A stretch of DNA of 64,000 nt from a virus. The notes beneath the pieces were generated by a model, which saw only the letters and a list, made by a program, of their open reading frames with translations, was not told the origin of the DNA and made no database searches. Made by a program: the position numbers and the translations under genes. Below, piece after piece: positions 59,079-64,000 of this stretch; position 1 is the stretch's first letter; each line of letters begins with the position of its first letter. The stretch spans positions 26,230 to 90,229 of IMG/VR virus record IMGVR_UViG_3300032070_000002; one strand, written 5' to 3'.

Positions 59079-60314
59079 ATGATTATAAAATTAACTATTC
59101 CCGTAGAGGGAAACAATTATATAATAACAAACAGTGAAACTATTCTTTTGGTTTTTGTAGATACTATAACCCACGAAGTAAGAGAATTTTTAGATGCTGT
59201 AAGTAAAGAAAATGTTTACGCTATAGTATTTACTTCTACAAGAGAAATAGATACTGTGTTATATAAGGGCACCATTTTATATTTAGAAGACTATAGCTTT
59301 ATAGAGGATATAGTAGAAGAACCCTATCAAATTAGGTTTGTAATAGGGTTTGGAGACGAAGGGAAAAATATTGCAATTAGATTTTCTCAAAAAAATAAAG
59401 GAATTGTTTATTTACAAGATATAAATAGTTTCAAAAATATTTATAAGAATTTAGGTAATACTGTTTTAATACAAATGAGTGAAGGTATAGGAGATTTGTT
59501 AATGACATTACCTGTCGCTCGTTATTATTTTAAACAAGGTTATAAGGTAGATATACTAACAAATCTCGGATATGAAGAAATTTTAAATAGTATAAATTAT
59601 ATAAACAAAGTTTATACGTTTGAAAAAAATATAGACTATTCTAAGTATAGACTTAGATATAATCCAAGTGGAAAATTATCTAATTACGATAAAGAGTATT
59701 GTAAACAACATAGAGTTTTTACTATTGCAAATTTATGCGGACTAGATAACGATAAAGTAGAAAATGATATGTTACCGGATTTAGTAATAACTGAAGATGA
59801 AAAGGTTTGGGCTCAAAGATTATTAAAAGGATATTCAAAAACCGTAGCTTTAACATTAGATTCGGTTCATTCTAAGCATAGAAGTTTACCCCCAGAATGT
59901 CAACAGGATTTAATTAATAAATTAAAAGTTAATGGTTTTAATCCTATTATATTACATTCAAAATTACAACCTTATATAAACTGTTTAAATCTATCAACGA
60001 AATTATCTTTAAGGCAATTTTTTGCTATTTTAGCAGTAAGTGAATATATAGTTACCGTAGATACGTGTACTGTTCAAATAGCTGCAGCCTTAAATAAGTC
60101 AATTGTATTAATTCCTAGTATAGTTAATTATAAATGGCGTATATATAAAGAAAGAGAAGTACGTTTAATAAAATTAAATACGGATTGTTATCCCTGTAAT
60201 GAAAAATATTGGAATAATTCAGAAGATATACTCTGTGGCCAATTGTTAGAAGAATACCCTAAGTGTATGAAGAGTATAAATATAGATGAGATAGTACAAA
60301 ATTTAATTAAATAA
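59079..60314 (+). CDS. Second GT9 glycosyltransferase
   Basis: GIGDLLM.LP, RS.P, VDT..V.IAAAL.K, CYPC...C...CM. Confidence 0.85.
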   Translation: MIIKLTIPVEGNNYIITNSETILLVFVDTITHEVREFLDAVSKENVYAIVFTSTREIDTVLYKGTILYLEDYSFIEDIVEEPYQIRFVIGFGDEGKNIAIRFSQKNKGIVYLQDINSFKNIYKNLGNTVLIQMSEGIGDLLMTLPVARYYFKQGYKVDILTNLGYEEILNSINYINKVYTFEKNIDYSKYRLRYNPSGKLSNYDKEYCKQHRVFTIANLCGLDNDKVENDMLPDLVITEDEKVWAQRLLKGYSKTVALTLDSVHSKHRSLPPECQQDLINKLKVNGFNPIILHSKLQPYINCLNLSTKLSLRQFFAILAVSEYIVTVDTCTVQIAAALNKSIVLIPSIVNYKWRIYKEREVRLIKLNTDCYPCNEKYWNNSEDILCGQLLEEYPKCMKSINIDEIVQNLIK

Positions 60315-60376
60315 TAATAATAATTAGGTGTTTTAATTTATGAGAGAGAAAATAACCATTAAACTGAGAGGATAAA

Positions 60377-61948
60377 ATGTTTTTCTTTACAAAAAAAAGA
60401 TTTGAAAAGGCAGTAGCAGAAGCAGCTTCAAAAAGGATTGAAGCAAAATCTTTAATAGAAGACGAAAGAACTAGAGACGGTAAATATGTAGAAAGAACCC
60501 TTCAAGTATCTTACGAAGAGATGTGGTTGATGTATTTAAGAAACGAATGGGTAAGAGGTTGCGTAGATAAAATTACTAAATCGGCTACAAATAGTAATTT
60601 ATTTGCTGAAGCTATAACGGATGAAACAGAAAGTATCTCTCCGGAAACAAAGGCTCATATAGAAGAGATTAATACGTTATTAGAAGATCCTAATACGGGT
60701 TTAGAGTCTTGGAAAGATATAAGAAGAGAGTATTTAAGAGATATTTTAATATACGATGCTGGCGGATTAGAGATAGTTTATGATACTAACGGCGTTCCCG
60801 TTGAATTATATTCTTTACCTGGACAAAAGATAAGATTAAACGTAGGTAAACACGGCACATTTATGTCGGAGGAAGAAGCTTATTATCTTCAAGGAGGTTA
60901 CTGGGGAGGCAGAAAAGTAGAAGATATTCCTTTTGCAAGAAAGGAAGTAATTTATTTAGTAGCTAATCCTAAGACAGGCTCCGTATATGGGCTATCTCCG
61001 TTAGAAACCCTCTATCAGTCGGTGGCTTCGGACTTATTCGCTGCTAAGTATAACTCTGACTTCTTTAAGAATCACGCGGAAGCTTCCGGTATGTTAGGAG
61101 TAGAAGGAATGTCGGAGCCAGATTTAAAAAGATTTAGAACCTATTGGAAAGCCGAAGTAAAAGGTCAACCGCATAAAATGGTTATAGTAAATGGAAAAGT
61201 AAATTGGATTCCAATGAACGTATCTAATAAGGATATGCAATTTTTAGAATATCAGAAATGGTTACTATGTAAAATAATGACGGTATATTCTATGCAACCT
61301 ATAGTATTAGGTATAATAGATCCTACTACTGGTAAGTTAAATTCAAAGGAACAATTAACTGCTTATAAAGAGGAAGCAATAAAGCCTTTATTAGAGATGG
61401 AAACTTATCAATTAACAAAAGTATTAGTTCAGCAAGGCTTTGGATATAGTGATGTAAAAATAAGTTATAAGTCTATTGATGTTAAAGATGAAGTTTCCGA
61501 TGCTTCTGTTGCGGTTCAAGTTGTAAGTGGACGTATTATGACTCCTAATGAAGCAAGAAAGAAATATTTTGATATGAAAGAAATTGAGGGCGGAGATACT
61601 TTATCCGGAGGTCTTGGAGATATCTTTCCGCAGCCTGAACAAACTTCTATGACAGAAGAAGAAGTAAAAAGTAATTTAGATGAAAATAAAATTACCGAAG
61701 AACAAGTAAAAAGTTTCGGAGAAACATTTATTATGGAATCTCCTATATATGATTATAACTGGATAGAAAAGAAAGTTGTTAAGAGAGGTAATAAGTGGTG
61801 TGTAATTCACGCACATCCTCAAAAAACCGGTTCTAAAACTGATAAACCACTGGGAAGTGTAATAAAATGTTTTCCTACTAAACAACAGGCAGTAAAAATG
61901 CATACCGCAATTGTAATATCTCAAGCAAGAGCTGCGGGAAAAATATAA
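60377..61948 (+). CDS. Portal protein
   Basis: WV..CV.KI, L..PN, YGLSPLE, N..FF.N, DMQF.E, I.P.L, MTPNEAR, GGD. Confidence 0.9.
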   Translation: MFFFTKKRFEKAVAEAASKRIEAKSLIEDERTRDGKYVERTLQVSYEEMWLMYLRNEWVRGCVDKITKSATNSNLFAEAITDETESISPETKAHIEEINTLLEDPNTGLESWKDIRREYLRDILIYDAGGLEIVYDTNGVPVELYSLPGQKIRLNVGKHGTFMSEEEAYYLQGGYWGGRKVEDIPFARKEVIYLVANPKTGSVYGLSPLETLYQSVASDLFAAKYNSDFFKNHAEASGMLGVEGMSEPDLKRFRTYWKAEVKGQPHKMVIVNGKVNWIPMNVSNKDMQFLEYQKWLLCKIMTVYSMQPIVLGIIDPTTGKLNSKEQLTAYKEEAIKPLLEMETYQLTKVLVQQGFGYSDVKISYKSIDVKDEVSDASVAVQVVSGRIMTPNEARKKYFDMKEIEGGDTLSGGLGDIFPQPEQTSMTEEEVKSNLDENKITEEQVKSFGETFIMESPIYDYNWIEKKVVKRGNKWCVIHAHPQKTGSKTDKPLGSVIKCFPTKQQAVKMHTAIVISQARAAGKI

Positions 61949-61962
61949 TAAGGAGAAAATAA

Positions 61963-62262
61963 ATGGGAAATGCTTATTCTAGAACTTTAACAGATGTAGT
62001 TAGTTATGGAAATACTTTTACAGAAGTAACTTTAGTCTCCGGAGTAGATTTTGAAGCGTTACTTTTTGATAATAGAGGCAGTTATAATGTAGAGGTAAGA
62101 ATTAATCAAGGCTCTGAAAATCCTTTTACAATTAAGTTAGAATCAGGTATGTATATTGATTTACTTATTCAAAATTTAAGTAAGTTAGAAATAAGGTGTT
62201 CGGATACCGGACATAATAGTAACGTATTTTATATGTTACAGGGAGACAAAGTAATCTCTTAA
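61963..62262 (+). CDS. Small beta-rich protein, probably structural
   Basis: Directly after portal, beta-strand-rich composition. Confidence 0.4.
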   Translation: MGNAYSRTLTDVVSYGNTFTEVTLVSGVDFEALLFDNRGSYNVEVRINQGSENPFTIKLESGMYIDLLIQNLSKLEIRCSDTGHNSNVFYMLQGDKVIS

Positions 62263-62281
62263 TAAATTAAAGGCGTAAAAA

Positions 62282-63871
62282 ATGGGTTACGGTATAACTA
62301 AAAAATATGTAGATGATAAAGTTGCAGAAGTAACTACACAATTTCACGTAAAGGATCCTGTTGCTAATTATAGTAGTTTACCTATAACCGGCAATGGTGA
62401 AAACGATATAAGGTTTGTAAAAGATACGGATAAAGGCTATGTTTGGTCAATAGCTTCTCCCACGGGAAGTTTAACGGATTGGAAAGAGATAGGATTAACA
62501 TCCGTGGATTGGAGTTTAATAACTGGAAAACCATCTTCAAGTGTTACTAATATTGATGATGCAGTTACTTTAAAACATACTAAAAATGCTGATACTATAC
62601 TTGATGAAGGCGGCGTTAATGAAATTGGAGTAGCAAAAATAACGCCTAGATTAACTGAAAATATTAATTATTATATTAATCCAGATACGGGCAGTAATGA
62701 TAACCCCGGAACGTCCGCATTACCTTTTGCAACAATTCAAAAAGCTATTAATTTATTACCTAAAAATTTAGGTTATAAATCTGCGGTAATATATTTACAA
62801 TCAAGTTTAAACTACACGGGAAAAACAGAAATTTTAGGTTTTTATGGCGGAGAATTAAGAATTAGAGGAGTTACTACTACACCTGCAAACGCTTTAATTA
62901 CTAGTAGCGATGATGGCTTTTATATAAGAAATTGTTATGCTTATATAAGAATAGACTATCTTAGTATAAAAGTTACAGCAAATAGTAAGAAATGTATCAA
63001 TGTAGTCGGAAGTTTTAGGATACGGATAGATACAGTAAAATATTCAGATAACAATAATATTGGAACTATAGGAGTTTATGGGGATAATAGTATAATTAGA
63101 GTCCTTAATAGTTCTGATTATGATGATAAAAAAGTAGCAGAAGGAATTAAAAACAATCTGGGGTATATTACTCCCGACGGTTCAGAGTTTGGAGACCAAT
63201 GGTTAAGTTTAGCTTCTTCAGGAATAATCAGTGATGATAATAAAGGGGTTGTATTTAATGGAATAGATACTATTAAAGCAGTTTACGAGTCAGAAGAGGA
63301 TTTAAAATATTTGAATATAGGAGAACCTTCTTCCGGAGGTTTCATTCGTTTATTTAAAAAAGGCGGAATTTATGTCGCCAGAGGTTCGGTTGAATTTCAA
63401 GCGGATTATTCTGAAAATGATGAAGATGCAGCAAGATTTGGATTTTGGACTTATAATGGAGAAGAAGGTACTGATAGCATATTACTTATGGAATTATTTA
63501 AAAATGGCAAAGTTTATGTGCCAGGCTTTATATTAGTTGAAGGGAGAATCAATGTAGGCGGAAATATTCTATTACACGGTAATTTAACGGATGGAGATGA
63601 AGAAAATGCAACCTCTCCCGCAGAATTAAAAGACGCCGTAAATAAAAAGCATTCTAATTCTTTAGACCATACCCAAAATACGGATACGGGAACTTCTCAG
63701 AATTTTGACGTAGTTGGAGAAGTATCAATAAAAGTTTATTCTCAAAATGAAGAACCTACTTTAGGCGCAAATAATAGAATGGCGATATGGGTTGATACAA
63801 ACGATTCCAATAGAGTTTATTTACTTTTTAAAAGAGGAACCGGTGACCAAGTATTAGTTGAATTATCATAA
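62282..63871 (+). CDS. Virion fibre/spike-like protein with DUF1565/pectin-lyase-like domain
   Basis: YINPDTGSNDNPGT..PFATIQKAI, beta-helix-like repeats, W..ITGKP and HTQNTDT fibre motifs. Confidence 0.65.
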   Translation: MGYGITKKYVDDKVAEVTTQFHVKDPVANYSSLPITGNGENDIRFVKDTDKGYVWSIASPTGSLTDWKEIGLTSVDWSLITGKPSSSVTNIDDAVTLKHTKNADTILDEGGVNEIGVAKITPRLTENINYYINPDTGSNDNPGTSALPFATIQKAINLLPKNLGYKSAVIYLQSSLNYTGKTEILGFYGGELRIRGVTTTPANALITSSDDGFYIRNCYAYIRIDYLSIKVTANSKKCINVVGSFRIRIDTVKYSDNNNIGTIGVYGDNSIIRVLNSSDYDDKKVAEGIKNNLGYITPDGSEFGDQWLSLASSGIISDDNKGVVFNGIDTIKAVYESEEDLKYLNIGEPSSGGFIRLFKKGGIYVARGSVEFQADYSENDEDAARFGFWTYNGEEGTDSILLMELFKNGKVYVPGFILVEGRINVGGNILLHGNLTDGDEENATSPAELKDAVNKKHSNSLDHTQNTDTGTSQNFDVVGEVSIKVYSQNEEPTLGANNRMAIWVDTNDSNRVYLLFKRGTGDQVLVELS

Positions 63872-64000
63872 AGGAATTTAAAATGAAGAAACAATTATAT
63901 CAGCGTAGGGGGGGTAATGGCAGGTCATATAAGACCACAATGTAAAGTTGGTTATTTTATTAATCCATTAATTATAGGATTATACGTAATAACTGAATTA

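Noticed and set aside
618-61924. All minus-strand ORFs in the track (e.g. 618..917, 1524..1859, 32568..32885, 34991..35329, 58731..58973)
   Set aside because: They are antisense shadows of well-supported + strand genes, with F/L/S/I-rich composition and no motifs
1-64000. Genome-wide stop-codon reassignment
   Set aside because: Long conserved genes are intact in code 11, and TGA/TAG end many genes at ATGA-type overlaps; only one isolated in-frame TGA was seen
1-64000. tRNA/rRNA genes, integrase, major capsid protein
   Set aside because: None recognised by eye; tRNAscan-SE would be needed to exclude tRNAs, and lifestyle cannot be determined from this window

Overview
AT-rich (roughly 30% GC by eye) segment of a large tailed dsDNA phage. 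All credible genes are on the + strand and tightly coupled by ATGA/TAATG/TAAATG junctions. In order it holds: early hypotheticals with a sigma2-only sigma factor and a consensus sigma70 promoter; a DnaG-DnaB primase-helicase; a dispersed 7-deazaguanine DNA-modification pathway (QueD, QueE, FolE2, DpdA-like, intein-containing divergent QueC) interleaved with a purine PRTase, a Trm1-motif methyltransferase and a degenerate Dam-like protein; dUTPase; UDG-PolA fusion with an intein; SSB, RuvC-like, RecA, SbcD and a split SbcC; a deoxynucleotide-catabolism cluster (DeoC, NDT/Rcl-like, DUF1599/Nmad1, HD hydrolase, three small transporter-like proteins); a split sigma2/sigma4 pair; intein-containing terminase; a ~16 kb accessory block with a glycosylation island and proteases; portal and the first structural genes. 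The strongest candidates for new biology are the extended deazaguanine operon, the dNMP-dismantling module, the glyco island, the split sigma system with a candidate promoter motif, and a TCGA/GATC methylation footprint. All protein calls are from motif recognition only; no database searches were run.
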